Positions 10,132 through 20,129 of a stretch of 32,000 nt of DNA are shown piece after piece (position 1 is the stretch's first letter; every line of letters starts with the position of its first letter). The stretch spans positions 18,298 through 50,297 of the forward strand of contig NZ_LXSQ01000017.1 in the NCBI RefSeq assembly GCF_001648475.1, in the 5' to 3' direction. The stretch is from Eikenella halliae. GTDB lineage: Bacteria > Pseudomonadota > Gammaproteobacteria > Burkholderiales > Neisseriaceae. The notes below the pieces were generated by a model, which saw only the letters and a program-made list of their open reading frames with translations, did no database searches and had not been told where the DNA came from. Made by a program: the position numbers and the translations under genes.

Positions 10132-12690
10132 ATGCCGCAATCCCCGCAGCTTTTGGCGCAAGAGCTGGCCGAGCACAAACGGCAAATCGTTGCCGACTAC
10201 CGCCGCCACCGCAGCCCGCAGCGTTTTTTTGCCGACCACACCGCCCTGCTCTCCCACACCGTTACCGCGCTGTGGCGGCAGATGCAGCCGACAGGGGAGC
10301 TGGCGCTGCTGGCGCTGGGCGGCTTCGGGCGCGGCGAGATGTATCCGCATTCCGATGTGGATTTGGGCATTGTGGCGGCCGATTCCCTGACTGAAACGCA
10401 GCAGCGGCAAATTGAAACTTGGCTGCAAACCTTGTGGGACATGGGGCTGAATCCCTCGCTGAAAACCGGCAGCGTGGCCGAGCTGTGCGCCGGAGCGGCA
10501 GAAGATTTAACCGGCGACACCTCGCTTTTGGAAGCCCGCCTGCTCCACGGCAGCCGGGAATTGTTTGCCCGCCTGTGCCGCGATTTAGACGTGCAGCGCG
10601 ACCTAACGGCCTTTGCCGAAGGCAAACTGCTGGAATTGCAGCAGCGGCACCTGAAAGCGCAAGCAGGCAGCAGCCTGGAGCCGAACCTGAAAACCTGCCC
10701 CGGCGGCCTGCGCGATATCCACACCATGCTCTGGCTGGCGCGGGTGCAGGGCATTTCGCCGCAACTGCACCGCCTCGCCCGCCAAGGCATCCTCACCCGC
10801 ACCGAAGCGGCCATGCTGCGCCGCAGCCACCGCAGCCTGGCACGCATCCGCATCGAGCTGCACCTGGCCGCCGGCAAGCCGCAGGAGCAGCTGCGTTTCG
10901 ACTTGCAGCCGCAGGTGGCCTACGCGCTGGGCTACACCGATGAAAGCAAACAAGTGCGCAGCGAGCGGCTGATGCACACGCTCTACCGCGCGGTGAAAAC
11001 CGTGAAGCAGCTGGGCGGCATCCTGCTGCCGATGCTGCGCGGGCGCATTTCCTCGCCGCTGCCGCGCGTGGTGCTGGATTTGGACGAGCACTATTTCCAA
11101 GTAAACAACCTCATCGCCGTACGCGACAAAACTCTGTTCCGCCGCGAGCCGCAGCATATTTTCAAGGTGCTGGAACGGTGGCAGCAATACAGCGACCTCT
11201 CCGGCCTCTCCCCCGAAACCCTGCGCTCCTGGTGGCAGGCCGTGCAAAAAATCGATGGCCGCTTTTATGCCGATCCGGCCAACCGCCGCCGCTTCGTGGG
11301 CTTCTTCCGCCACGGCGGCGGGCTCACCCACCTGCTGCGCTTCCTCAACCTCTACGGCGCGCTTTCGCACTACCTGCCCGAGTGGGGCAAAATCGTCGGC
11401 CTGCTGCAACACGACCTGTTCCACGTTTACCCCGTGGACGACCACATCCTGATGGTGGTGCGCAATATGCGCCGGCTGGCTCTGGAAGCGCACAGCCACG
11501 AGCTGCCTTTTGCCAGCGCCCTGATGCACGCCTTCGAGCGCAAACCCGTGCTGTATTTGGCCGCCCTGTTTCACGACATCGCCAAGGGGCGCGGCGGCGA
11601 CCACGCCGAACTGGGTATGGAAGACGCCCGCCGCTTCGCCGCCGACCATTTCCTGAGCCAATACGAAACCGACCTGCTCGTGTGGCTGGTGGGCAACCAT
11701 CTTTTCATGTCGCTCACCGCGCAGAAAGAAGACATCCAAGACCCGGCCGTGGTGGCCGCCTTCTGCCGCCGCGTGCAAACGCCCGAGCGGCTCACCGCGC
11801 TTTACCTGCTCACCGTGGCCGATATGCGCGGCACCAACCCCAAAATCTGGAATGCCTGGAAAGCCAGCCTGCTCGAAACCCTGTTCCGCTCCGCCCTGCA
11901 ATACTTCGGCGGCCAAACCACCAGCCGCGATATGGCCGTGAGCCGCCGCCAGCAAAAAGCCCGCCAGGCCTTGGCCGAAGCGGGCGTGGGCGAAGCGCAA
12001 AGCCGCGAACTGTGGCAACAGCTCGGGCAGGCCTATTTCGTGCGCCACAGCGCCGATATCATCCTGTGGCACTTGCCCCTGCTTGCTGCCGATGCCGCAA
12101 CGCCCCAAGCCCACATCCGCCCCCTAAGCGCAACCGGCGGCCTGCAAGTGATGGTGTTCATGCCCAACCGCGACCGCCTGTTTGCCGGCTTGTGCCGCCT
12201 GTTCGGCCGCCACCAGCTCGGCATCCTCGCCGCCCACGCCTACGTTACCGACCACCAATACATTCTCGACACCTTCGTACTGCAACTGCCCGCCAACTGC
12301 CTGCCCGGCGACATCGAGCGCATCGGCAGCCGCCTGCAGCAAGCATTAAACCAATTCGTGCACCACCCGCCTGCCGCCGCCGAGCCCGCCCCAGCCCCCC
12401 GCCAGATGAGCCGCCGCCTGCGCCACCTGCCCATCGCCCCGCGCATCACCCTCTCCGCCGAAGAAACCGCCGGCGCCTACACCCTGGAAATCATCACCGC
12501 CAACCGCGCCTTCCTGCTGGCCGACATCGCCGACGTATTCGCCCAACTCAACATCAGCCTCAGCTACGCCGCCATCGCCACCTTCGACGAACGCGTGGAA
12601 GACAGCTTCCTAATCCGCCACCCCCAGCTGGCCGACACCGCCTTCCAGCTCAAACTCGAACGGCTGCTGCTGGAGCGCATCGGCGGCTGA
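10132..12690 (+). CDS. glnD: Bifunctional [protein-PII] uridylyltransferase / uridylyl-removing enzyme
   Basis: 852 aa with a nucleotidyltransferase motif (LALGGFGRGEMYPHSDVDL), an HD domain (LFHDIAKGRGGDH) and two C-terminal ACT-like regions. Confidence 0.95.
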   Translation: MPQSPQLLAQELAEHKRQIVADYRRHRSPQRFFADHTALLSHTVTALWRQMQPTGELALLALGGFGRGEMYPHSDVDLGIVAADSLTETQQRQIETWLQTLWDMGLNPSLKTGSVAELCAGAAEDLTGDTSLLEARLLHGSRELFARLCRDLDVQRDLTAFAEGKLLELQQRHLKAQAGSSLEPNLKTCPGGLRDIHTMLWLARVQGISPQLHRLARQGILTRTEAAMLRRSHRSLARIRIELHLAAGKPQEQLRFDLQPQVAYALGYTDESKQVRSERLMHTLYRAVKTVKQLGGILLPMLRGRISSPLPRVVLDLDEHYFQVNNLIAVRDKTLFRREPQHIFKVLERWQQYSDLSGLSPETLRSWWQAVQKIDGRFYADPANRRRFVGFFRHGGGLTHLLRFLNLYGALSHYLPEWGKIVGLLQHDLFHVYPVDDHILMVVRNMRRLALEAHSHELPFASALMHAFERKPVLYLAALFHDIAKGRGGDHAELGMEDARRFAADHFLSQYETDLLVWLVGNHLFMSLTAQKEDIQDPAVVAAFCRRVQTPERLTALYLLTVADMRGTNPKIWNAWKASLLETLFRSALQYFGGQTTSRDMAVSRRQQKARQALAEAGVGEAQSRELWQQLGQAYFVRHSADIILWHLPLLAADAATPQAHIRPLSATGGLQVMVFMPNRDRLFAGLCRLFGRHQLGILAAHAYVTDHQYILDTFVLQLPANCLPGDIERIGSRLQQALNQFVHHPPAAAEPAPAPRQMSRRLRHLPIAPRITLSAEETAGAYTLEIITANRAFLLADIADVFAQLNISLSYAAIATFDERVEDSFLIRHPQLADTAFQLKLERLLLERIGG

Positions 12691-12747
12691 ACGCAGGCTA
12701 CCTGAAACCCTTAAGTACGGCTTCGCACCCGCCCTCCGCAACGGCAA

Positions 12748-12819
12748 AGGCTACCTGAAAACCAATATACGCGAACCGTATGCTTGTTTTCTCTGCTGCT
12801 TCCGATTTTCAGGTAGCCT
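12748..12819 (+). terminator. Inverted DUS pair downstream of glnD
   Basis: 12-mers at 12748-12759 and 12808-12819, followed by tttaag. An extra DUS lies at 12695-12706. Confidence 0.55.
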
Positions 12820-12938
12820 TTAAGGGCAAACAGCCCCCTGCCCTATCCGTCCCGGAGGCTGCCGGCCGCCAAACCGTCGTTGCCCCGGCCCGCCCGCTCC
12901 AGTAAACTGCCCGCGTTTGTATTTCTCCCCTCCACACC

Positions 12939-14054
12939 ATGCCCCAAGCCCTCAACCTCCGCAACGGAACCATCACCTACGACAATTTCTTCTGGCTGCT
13001 GGAGCACGCCGATAAAAACCCGGCCGACCTGCTTTTAAGCGAAGACCTGCTGCAAATCAGCTTTGGCGGCGGGCAATACCTGCTCGATGCGGGCTGGTAT
13101 GGCTTCGGCCCGCGCGGGCGGTTTGGCGTGATGCTGGTGGAAAACCAAGATTGGGAACATCCGCTGCGCCAAGAATACACCCGCGAAATCAGCCGCCTGC
13201 CTGCCCTGCTGCAGGAATGCATCGACTGGCTCTGGCACACCCGCATCGCCCCGGCCGAGGCCGATCCCCGCCCGCTGCTGCAAGTAGTGGCCGGCATTGT
13301 GTATAACGATCGCGGCGAGGTGCTGCTCAGTTCGCGCCCCGCAGGCAAGGCCTATGCGGGTTATTGGGAATTTGCCGGCGGCAAGGTGGAGGCGGGCGAG
13401 GGCGAACTGGCGGCATTGCGCCGCGAGTTTGCCGAAGAACTGGGCATTCAAATCCGCAGCGCCGTGCCGTGGCTCGCCAAAACCCACAGCTACGAACACG
13501 CCCATGTGCGGCTGCATTTTTTCCGCGTGCCGGCCGACGGCTGGCGCGGCGAATTGCAGGCGCGCGAAGGCCAACAATGGCGCTGGCAACAGCCGGGGCG
13601 TTATGATGTGTCGCCCATGCTGCCGGCCAATGCCGCGCTGCTGGCGGCGCTGGCTTTGCCCATGCAGTTTTCAGGTAGCCTGAATGAGGGTTTGCACGCG
13701 GCAGACGGTTTTTGCGTGCTGCCGCTTCATGCCGCCAACCCGCCGCCGGGCAGCCGCCTGCTGGCGGACTTAGCCGATTTGGCCGCCGACACGCCGGACG
13801 GTGTGCGCCGCTGGCCGCTGGTGCACTCGCCCGGCGGCCTTGCCGCCGCTGCCGCCGCCCAAGCCGAAGCCGCCGTGTGGCCGACAGATAACGCAACCGC
13901 GGCGGAACAAGCCTGCGCCGCGCTGGCCGAAGGCGTGCCGCTGCCGCTGGTGCTGCTGCCTGCCAATGCGGCGCTGGCAGCGCGTTATGCCGAGCGCTGG
14001 CTCGCGGCGGGGGCGCAGGCGGTGGTGCGCGGCAGTGAAGATAATTTCAGGTAG
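12939..14054 (+). CDS. mutT: Three-part Nudix protein: unknown N-domain, MutT-like 8-oxo-dGTP diphosphatase, and ThiE/TenI-like C-domain
   Basis: Nudix box [24 protein letters not shown] at about aa 147-170. The roughly 150-aa Ala-rich C-terminal part resembles the thiamine-phosphate-synthase-like domain fused to MutT in beta-proteobacteria. The first ~105 aa have no motif I recognise. The stop TAG lies inside a DUS. Confidence 0.8.
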   Translation: MPQALNLRNGTITYDNFFWLLEHADKNPADLLLSEDLLQISFGGGQYLLDAGWYGFGPRGRFGVMLVENQDWEHPLRQEYTREISRLPALLQECIDWLWHTRIAPAEADPRPLLQVVAGIVYNDRGEVLLSSRPAGKAYAGYWEFAGGKVEAGEGELAALRREFAEELGIQIRSAVPWLAKTHSYEHAHVRLHFFRVPADGWRGELQAREGQQWRWQQPGRYDVSPMLPANAALLAALALPMQFSGSLNEGLHAADGFCVLPLHAANPPPGSRLLADLADLAADTPDGVRRWPLVHSPGGLAAAAAAQAEAAVWPTDNATAAEQACAALAEGVPLPLVLLPANAALAARYAERWLAAGAQAVVRGSEDNFR

Positions 14055-14133
14055 CCTTTGCAATGCCTTTATAATGACGGCCGAAGTTTTTCAGGTAGCC
14101 TCCTCCCTTCCCACCACCTCACAAGGAATCCCC

Positions 14134-15717
14134 ATGCTCCCCACAATCAAACGCGCCCTCATCAGCCTTTCCGATAAAACCGGTGCCGTTGAATTTGCCC
14201 GCACGCTCGACAAGCTCGGCGTGGCCATCCTCTCCACCGGTGGTACGGCCAAGCTCTTGGCCGATGCGGGCATTCCCGTCATCGAAGTGTCCGACTACAC
14301 CGGCTTCCCCGAAATGCTCGACGGCCGCGTGAAAACGCTGCACCCGAAAATCCACGGCGGCATCCTCGGCCGACGCGATCTGCTTGATCACGTTGCCACC
14401 ATGGAAGAGCACGACATCGGCAACATCGACCTCGTGTGCGTCAACCTCTACCCCTTCGCCGCCACCATCGCCAAACCCGGCTGCACGCTGGAAGACGCGA
14501 TTGAAAACATCGACATCGGCGGCCCGACCATGGTGCGCTCCGCCGCAAAAAACTGGAAACACGTCGCCATCGTTACCGACACCGCCGACTTCCCCGCCAT
14601 CGCCGCCGAAATGGAAGCCAACGGCGGCGCGTTGAGCGACAAAACCCGCTTCAACCTGTCGCGCAAAGCGTTCAGCCACACCGCCCAATACGACGGCATG
14701 ATTTCCAACTACTTAACCTCGCTTTCAGACGGCGTCTTGAGCGGCACGCCCGAAGTCGGCGAATTCCCAAGCCAGTTCAACCAAAGCTGGATTAAAGTTC
14801 AAGACATGCGCTACGGCGAAAACCCGCACCAGCGCGCCGCGTTCTACCGCGATGTGTACCCCGCCGCAGGCAGCCTCGCCGCCTACAAACAACTGCAAGG
14901 CAAAGAATTGTCGTACAACAATATCGCCGATGCCGATGCCGCATGGGAAGCCGTCAAGTCCTTCGACGCGCCCGCCTGCGTGATTGTGAAACACGCCAAT
15001 CCGTGCGGCGTCGCCGTCGCAGCCGATACCTTGACCGCCTACAAACTCGCCTACGCCACCGACACCACCAGCGCGTTCGGCGGCATCATCGCCTTCAACC
15101 GCGAAGTGGACGGCGCAACCGTGAAACAGATTACCGACAACCAGTTTATGGAAGTCCTCATGGCGCCCAAGTTCACCGCCGAAGCCCTCGAAATCGCCGC
15201 CGCCAAGAAAAACGTGCGCGTGTTGGAAGTGCCGCTTGAAGCAGGCGCGAACCGCTTCGAACTCAAACGCGTCGGCGGCGGGCTGTTGGTGCAAACGCCC
15301 GACATCCACCGCATCAGCCGCGCCGATTTGAAAGTCGTCTCCAAACGCCAACCGACCAAACAGGAATGGAACGATTTGCTGTTCGTCTGGAACGTCGCCA
15401 AATACGTCAAATCCAACGCCATCGTGTTCGGCAAAGGTGGCCAGACCTACGGCATCGGCGCAGGCCAAATGAGCCGCGTGGACAGCACCCGCATCGCCGC
15501 CCGAAAAGCGCAAGATGCAGGCCTAGACTTACACGGCGCATGTGCCGCCTCTGATGCCTTCTTCCCCTTCCGCGACGGCGTGGACGTGATTGCCGAGCAA
15601 GGCATCAAAGCCATCATCCACCCCGCAGGCTCGATGCGCGATCAGGAAGTCTTCGACGCGGCGGACGAACACGGTATTGCGATGGTAGTAACGGGCGTGC
15701 GCCATTTCAGGCATTGA
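14134..15717 (+). CDS. purH: Bifunctional AICAR formyltransferase / IMP cyclohydrolase
   Basis: [17 protein letters not shown]... matches the PurH N-terminus and the protein ends in the typical RHFRH. The track ORF (13801) is over-extended into the previous gene. The ATG at 14134 gives about 527 aa. Confidence 0.95.
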   Translation: MLPTIKRALISLSDKTGAVEFARTLDKLGVAILSTGGTAKLLADAGIPVIEVSDYTGFPEMLDGRVKTLHPKIHGGILGRRDLLDHVATMEEHDIGNIDLVCVNLYPFAATIAKPGCTLEDAIENIDIGGPTMVRSAAKNWKHVAIVTDTADFPAIAAEMEANGGALSDKTRFNLSRKAFSHTAQYDGMISNYLTSLSDGVLSGTPEVGEFPSQFNQSWIKVQDMRYGENPHQRAAFYRDVYPAAGSLAAYKQLQGKELSYNNIADADAAWEAVKSFDAPACVIVKHANPCGVAVAADTLTAYKLAYATDTTSAFGGIIAFNREVDGATVKQITDNQFMEVLMAPKFTAEALEIAAAKKNVRVLEVPLEAGANRFELKRVGGGLLVQTPDIHRISRADLKVVSKRQPTKQEWNDLLFVWNVAKYVKSNAIVFGKGGQTYGIGAGQMSRVDSTRIAARKAQDAGLDLHGACAASDAFFPFRDGVDVIAEQGIKAIIHPAGSMRDQEVFDAADEHGIAMVVTGVRHFRH

Positions 15718-15797
15718 GTTTTCAAATAGCTTTAATGTATGATAAGGCTACCTGAAAACTGTATTTCCTAACTTTTTTGATATTGATGGAGAAAAAA

Positions 15798-16526
15798 ATG
15801 GCAATAAAAAATCAGATTCCTTTATCGGATTATTCATGGCTGGATAAATGCAACAAAGAAACTTTTAAAACTTGGACAATTCCCAATCCAATTAAAAGCA
15901 ACTATACAGATGGGGAAAAAAGAGAGTTTCTGATTGAATTTAATGGATTTTCTTTTCATGATTATCTTTCCATTTCAAGCGGATGCGAAATTTACCTGCC
16001 ATCCCATCTTAGCCAAATTATCGAAACCGAGTGGGAGAGAGAGTCAACCATTTCCGTTGTTTTTACTGCGCTAGATTTATTGGGAAGTCCAAAAATAGGA
16101 GATAAAATCACCGACAGTAATTCTGCCAAAGGTTGGGATGTTCTACGTACTGCAAAAGTTCGACTCGGCCATGCTAAATTTAAAAAGGGGCTGACAGATT
16201 ATTGGGAAGATAAATGTGCTGTTCTTGGAATTAAAAATCCTATCGGCGGAAAATTTTTAATTGCTTCTCATATTATTCCTTGGTCAATTGCTAATGAAAA
16301 CGACAAGGTACAGCAATTTAACGGGCTATTATTATCTCCGCACCTAGATCGCCTATTTGATGCGGGCTATATTAGTTTTGATGATCATGGCAAGCTTCTT
16401 TATAAGCCAGAATATAGCGAATTATTGAAACAAATGGCTATTCCTTCCGCTAGTAAACTTCGAAAATTAGATAAACGGCATATCCCATTTTTACGGAAAC
16501 ATCGAGAAATTTTTGATTTTGAATAA
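15798..16526 (+). CDS. HNH nuclease (HNH_2 / restriction-endonuclease-like) with an unknown N-terminal domain
   Basis: The C-terminal motif CAVLG...ASHIIPWS...NGLLLSPHLDRLFDAGYISFDDHGKLL matches the HNH_2 family signature. GGAG lies 9 nt before the ATG at 15798, with alternative starts at 15777 and 15786. Very AT-rich: 18/60 and 19/60 G+C in two counted lines. Confidence 0.8.
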   Translation: MAIKNQIPLSDYSWLDKCNKETFKTWTIPNPIKSNYTDGEKREFLIEFNGFSFHDYLSISSGCEIYLPSHLSQIIETEWERESTISVVFTALDLLGSPKIGDKITDSNSAKGWDVLRTAKVRLGHAKFKKGLTDYWEDKCAVLGIKNPIGGKFLIASHIIPWSIANENDKVQQFNGLLLSPHLDRLFDAGYISFDDHGKLLYKPEYSELLKQMAIPSASKLRKLDKRHIPFLRKHREIFDFE

Positions 16527-16572
16527 AATAAAGGCTACCTGAAAACTTTATAGCGAATTAATTTATAAAAGG

Positions 16573-16600
16573 TTTTGTCGGATACAAGTATCCGACAAAA
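16573..16600. repeat. Perfect 13-bp palindrome (REP-like hairpin)
   Basis: ttttgtcggatac-aa-gtatccgacaaaa, nested between DUS at 16532-16543 and 16617-16628. Confidence 0.8.
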
Positions 16601-16641
16601 CTATGATTACTGCTTTTTCAGGTAGCCTCAAGAACAAACCC

Positions 16642-17358
16642 ATGGAACCTCAAGAACTCGATACCCTAGATCTCAACGAAGCCCTCGCCGAAATCCTGCA
16701 AGCCCACGGCTATGCCTGCCAAACGCGGGGCGACAAAATCCTGCCCGATTTCGCCGTGCCCGTGCAGCTCGAAACCTGGGTGTTTCCGCGCGAACACGCC
16801 AACGGCGTGGTGGTGAGCCGTTTCGATGTCGGCATCACCCTGCCCGACGGGCGCGAACTCTACGAATGCTGCGGCGACATCGGCGAGAATCTGGAAGAAG
16901 CCGTTTCGCGCAACCTGCACAGCTTCTGTACCAACAGCCTGCATGTTTTGCTGGACGCCTTCAACCCCAACGAAAACCATTGCCCGCACAAAATCTGGAC
17001 AGCCCGCAACGGCAACCGTTTCCAAGCCATTTTGGGCGACTGGACAACGAAAAAACTGGGCGAAGACACCGACGGCGATGATGCAGAAACCATCGGCAAC
17101 ATCATCCCCGAAGCGCTGGAAAGCACGCTGCAAACCATCATCTGTCATCAAAACCTCACAGCGCAGTATCACTTAATCCGCTTCTTCTACGCCCAATCGG
17201 ACAACGAAACGACGAACGTGGAATTTATGATCGACAACCAAGACGATGCCGCCGAAGAAGAACAACAGCTTGCCGCCCTCCCCTGGCCGCGCCGGGAAGC
17301 CTATTACAGCGTGCGCCGCTGCATCATGCTCAAGCCTTTGGATGAAGGCCGGGCATAA
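16642..17358 (+). CDS. Hypothetical acidic cytoplasmic protein
   Basis: 238-aa ORF with host-like GC and no recognisable motif. I use the start at MEPQEL because the longer track start runs through a DUS. Confidence 0.55.
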   Translation: MEPQELDTLDLNEALAEILQAHGYACQTRGDKILPDFAVPVQLETWVFPREHANGVVVSRFDVGITLPDGRELYECCGDIGENLEEAVSRNLHSFCTNSLHVLLDAFNPNENHCPHKIWTARNGNRFQAILGDWTTKKLGEDTDGDDAETIGNIIPEALESTLQTIICHQNLTAQYHLIRFFYAQSDNETTNVEFMIDNQDDAAEEEQQLAALPWPRREAYYSVRRCIMLKPLDEGRA

Positions 17359-17383
17359 GCCCCTATCGTTTTGCCATAAAGAA

Positions 17384-17411
17384 AGGCTACCTGAAATTTT
17401 TCAGGTAGCCT
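17384..17411. terminator. Inverted DUS pair, bidirectional terminator between convergent genes
   Basis: aggctacctgaaatttttcaggtagcctttt. Confidence 0.7.
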
Positions 17412-17437
17412 TTTGCTCAAATACGACTTACATCGGT

Positions 17438-18133
17438 TTAGTCTTCGCCGGCAAATGCCAACAGCAGGCGCAGGAGGCCGGTGAAGATGTTGTAGATGGC
17501 AACAAACAGCGTGAGCGCGGCGCTGATGTGGCTGTCTTCGCCACCTTCAATGATCACGCGCACCTGCCACATAATCAGCACGGAACTCACAATCACAAAC
17601 AGGGCGGATACAGTGAGCGAGAGCGCGGGAATCTGCAGGAAGAAGCTGGCTACCATAGCAATAGCGGCCACCACAAAACCCACGGTAACGAAGCGGGCGA
17701 TGCTGTTGGTTTGGAAGGTGGGCGATTTGGCCATGGCCGCCATGCTCAGGAACACAGCGGCAGTCATTACGGCGGCGATGCCAATGAGCTGGATGCCATT
17801 GGAAAGCGCCAGGCTGTAGTTCAAAATCGGGCCCAGCGTGAAACCGAGGCCGAAAGTGAGCACCATCAGCAGGGCAGCACCCACGTTGCTGTAGCGGTTT
17901 TTCTCAATCAGAAAGCTCATACCGTAGAAGAAGGCGAAGAAAATGCCCAGGGCAACCCAATAGTTGCCGGTGAAGCTGAACAGGCTCAGGCCGGTGGCCA
18001 TGGCGACGAACGCGCCGGCAGCCGCCGGAAGGAACGAGAGCCCGAGCAGGCCGTAGGTTTTGCGCAAAATGGTGCTTTGCGCGGAAACGCTGCCGCCCAC
18101 ATCGGTGTAATCGTAAACATTGCGCGGTTGCAT
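17438..18133 (-). CDS. Bax inhibitor-1/YccA family membrane protein
   Basis: 231 aa with 7 hydrophobic helices. The N-terminus ...STILRKTYGLLGLSF is typical of the BI-1/YccA family. AGGAG lies 9 nt upstream. Confidence 0.85.
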   Translation of the reverse strand: MQPRNVYDYTDVGGSVSAQSTILRKTYGLLGLSFLPAAAGAFVAMATGLSLFSFTGNYWVALGIFFAFFYGMSFLIEKNRYSNVGAALLMVLTFGLGFTLGPILNYSLALSNGIQLIGIAAVMTAAVFLSMAAMAKSPTFQTNSIARFVTVGFVVAAIAMVASFFLQIPALSLTVSALFVIVSSVLIMWQVRVIIEGGEDSHISAALTLFVAIYNIFTGLLRLLLAFAGED

Positions 18134-18337
18134 GTGGAAAAACTCCTATTAAATATCAATTAAAAGAAACGAATGTGGATTGTAGCAGCAAATACGCCGT
18201 TTGCAAAAAATTCAGCCGTCCGCCGCCGCTGCCTGCTTCAGCAGTCAAACAGCAAGATGGGGCAACAGGGCAGGTTTGCAAGCGTTGCAGCATATATTTG
18301 GCTATAATTCAGCACTTTCTATTCCCTGCCGCACACC

Positions 18338-19153
18338 ATGCCTGCTCCCCGCTACGCCGTTTTCGGCAACCCCGTGGCCCACAGCCGCTCGCCTGCCATC
18401 CACCAAATGTTTACCGCACAAGAAGGTACGGCGATCGAATATGAACGATTACTGGCCGAGCCGGGCTGCTTCGCCCAAGCTGCCGCCGCCTTTTTCGCTG
18501 ATGGCGGCGCGGGCGCAAATGTAACCGTGCCGTTTAAAACCGATGCCTGCGCCTGGGCAGACAGCCTTTCCGAACGCGCCCGTGCCGCCGGCGCAGCCAA
18601 TACCTTAATCAAACAAGCTAACGGCAAAATCCATGCCGACAATACCGACGGCATCGGTTTGGTGGCCGATATTAGCCACAATTTTCAGGTAGCCCTAGCG
18701 GGCAAACGTATCCTCATCATCGGCGCGGGCGGTGCAGCGCGCGGCGTGATACTGCCTCTCTTCGAATGCCACCCCGCCAGCCTCACCATTACCAACCGCA
18801 CCGCGGCCAAGGCGCAAGAGCTGGCTGCCATTTTCGGCATTCGTGCTGCCGAGTTGGGCGAGCTACCTGCCGCCGGTTTCGATATCATCATCAACGCCAC
18901 CTCCGGCAGCCTGAGCGGCCAAGTGCCCGCCATTGCCCCTGCCGTGTTCGCCCAATGCGAACTCGCCTACGACATGGCCTATGGGCGCGAGCCTACCGCC
19001 TTTATGCGTTTCGCTGCCGAAGCCGGCGCACAACGCAGCGCCGACGGCTTGGGCATGCTGGTGGAGCAAGCCGCCGAATCCTACCGCCTCTGGCGCGGCT
19101 TCTCCCCCGAAACCGCCCCCGTACTCGCCGCCCTGCGTGGGGGAGAAATTTAG
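18338..19153 (+). CDS. aroE: Shikimate dehydrogenase
   Basis: Matches AroE through YAVFGNPVAHSRSPAIHQMF, NVTVPFK, NTDGIG and the NADP loop IIGAGGAARG. Confidence 0.93.
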   Translation: MPAPRYAVFGNPVAHSRSPAIHQMFTAQEGTAIEYERLLAEPGCFAQAAAAFFADGGAGANVTVPFKTDACAWADSLSERARAAGAANTLIKQANGKIHADNTDGIGLVADISHNFQVALAGKRILIIGAGGAARGVILPLFECHPASLTITNRTAAKAQELAAIFGIRAAELGELPAAGFDIIINATSGSLSGQVPAIAPAVFAQCELAYDMAYGREPTAFMRFAAEAGAQRSADGLGMLVEQAAESYRLWRGFSPETAPVLAALRGGEI

Positions 19154-19167
19154 CGCGAACCTGCCAA

Positions 19168-19256
19168 AGGCTACCTGAAAACTTGGCCTCGCAGAAACTC
19201 AGCTTCCGGCGGAAACTGCATTTTAACTTCGTTGAAGCCGCGCTTTCAGGTAGCCT
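19168..19256 (+). terminator. Inverted DUS pair with two internal repeat modules (aroE terminator; repeat family member)
   Basis: 12-mers at 19168-19179 and 19245-19256. The interior combines the module shared with 8640-8706 and the ttttaacttcgttgaag module shared with the 6021, 6453 and 7128 units. Confidence 0.6.
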
Positions 19257-19290
19257 AAAAATCCTTTATAATCCGCCCCTTTTTCCAAAC

Positions 19291-19328
19291 CGCGGTTCGC
19301 AACCCTCCCGCGTTACCAAAACTAAGGA
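19291..19328 (+). promoter_or_regulatory. preQ1-I riboswitch (queF leader)
   Basis: CGCGG-UUCGCAACCCUC-CCGCG-UUACCAAAACUAAGGA is a 5-bp P1 with a 12-nt loop and an A-rich tail ending in the SD, 5 nt before the queF ATG. It has the same architecture as the B. subtilis aptamer AGAGGUUCUAGCUACACCCUCUAUAAAAAACUAAGG (from memory). A TATAAT box lies at 19267-19272. Confidence 0.8.
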
Positions 19329-19333
19329 CTCCC

Positions 19334-19804
19334 ATGCGCAACAAAGAAGAGCTCAGCGGCCTCTCCCTGCTGGGCAACACCGGCACGCAATATCCCTCAA
19401 CCTACGCCCCCGAAATCCTCGAAGCGTTCGACAACAAACACCCCGGCAACGACTACTTCGTCAAGTTCGTTTGCCCGGAATTCACCAGCCTGTGCCCGCT
19501 CACCGGCCAGCCCGATTTCGCCACCATCCTCATCCGCTATATCCCCGACATCAAAATGGTGGAAAGCAAATCGCTCAAGCTCTACCTCTTCAGCTTCCGC
19601 AACCATGGCGACTTTCACGAAGATTGCATCAACATCATCATGAAAGATCTCATCAAGCTGATGAACCCGAAATATATTGAAGTGTTCGGCGAATTCACCC
19701 CGCGCGGCGGCATTGCCATCCATCCGTTCGCCAACTATGGCCGCCCCGGCACACCGTTCGAGCAAATGGCGCGCGAGCGGCTGTTTAAATACGATAGGCA
19801 GTAA
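19334..19804 (+). CDS. queF: NADPH-dependent 7-cyano-7-deazaguanine (preQ0) reductase, type I
   Basis: 156 aa with the [17 protein letters not shown] active-site region and [15 protein letters not shown]. Confidence 0.95.
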   Translation: MRNKEELSGLSLLGNTGTQYPSTYAPEILEAFDNKHPGNDYFVKFVCPEFTSLCPLTGQPDFATILIRYIPDIKMVESKSLKLYLFSFRNHGDFHEDCINIIMKDLIKLMNPKYIEVFGEFTPRGGIAIHPFANYGRPGTPFEQMARERLFKYDRQ

Positions 19805-20129
19805 GCCTGCGGGCTACCTGAAACTCATGCCGATTGCTGAAATTAAAAATCGTGCCGCCTCTCTTCCCCCGCTGGATAACGAAGCATTGGCTGCCGAAGT
19901 TCAGCGGCTGAAACAGCCCGGCGCGGCATTGCCGGCCTGTATTCCCTTTGTGTAAGCCAACCGCCGCATCAGCCTGAACGAAGCCAAATGACTCGCCCTC
20001 TCCCTGCTGGTTTTCGGCAATTTTTGAACAGGCCTGCCAAATCGTGCAGGCAGAGTTTGAGCAGGAAACATAGCAGCCATATTTTCAGGTAGCCTCTACG
20101 CCTATCTCCTAAAATTTATAGAAAACATC

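Noticed and set aside
13801-14133. The extended purH start in the ORF track (638 aa, overlapping the end of the Nudix gene).
   Set aside because: The extension is Arg/Pro/Cys-rich junk that overlaps a well-supported gene and crosses two DUS. The conserved PurH N-terminus begins at the ATG at 14134.
19827-19955. A 42-codon ORF (MPIAEIKNRAASLPPLDNEALAAEVQRLKQPGAALPACIPFV) just after queF.
   Set aside because: It has no SD, its start sits 5 nt after a DUS-like sequence, it is short and has no recognisable family. It is kept only as a note within the unknown-ORF block finding.
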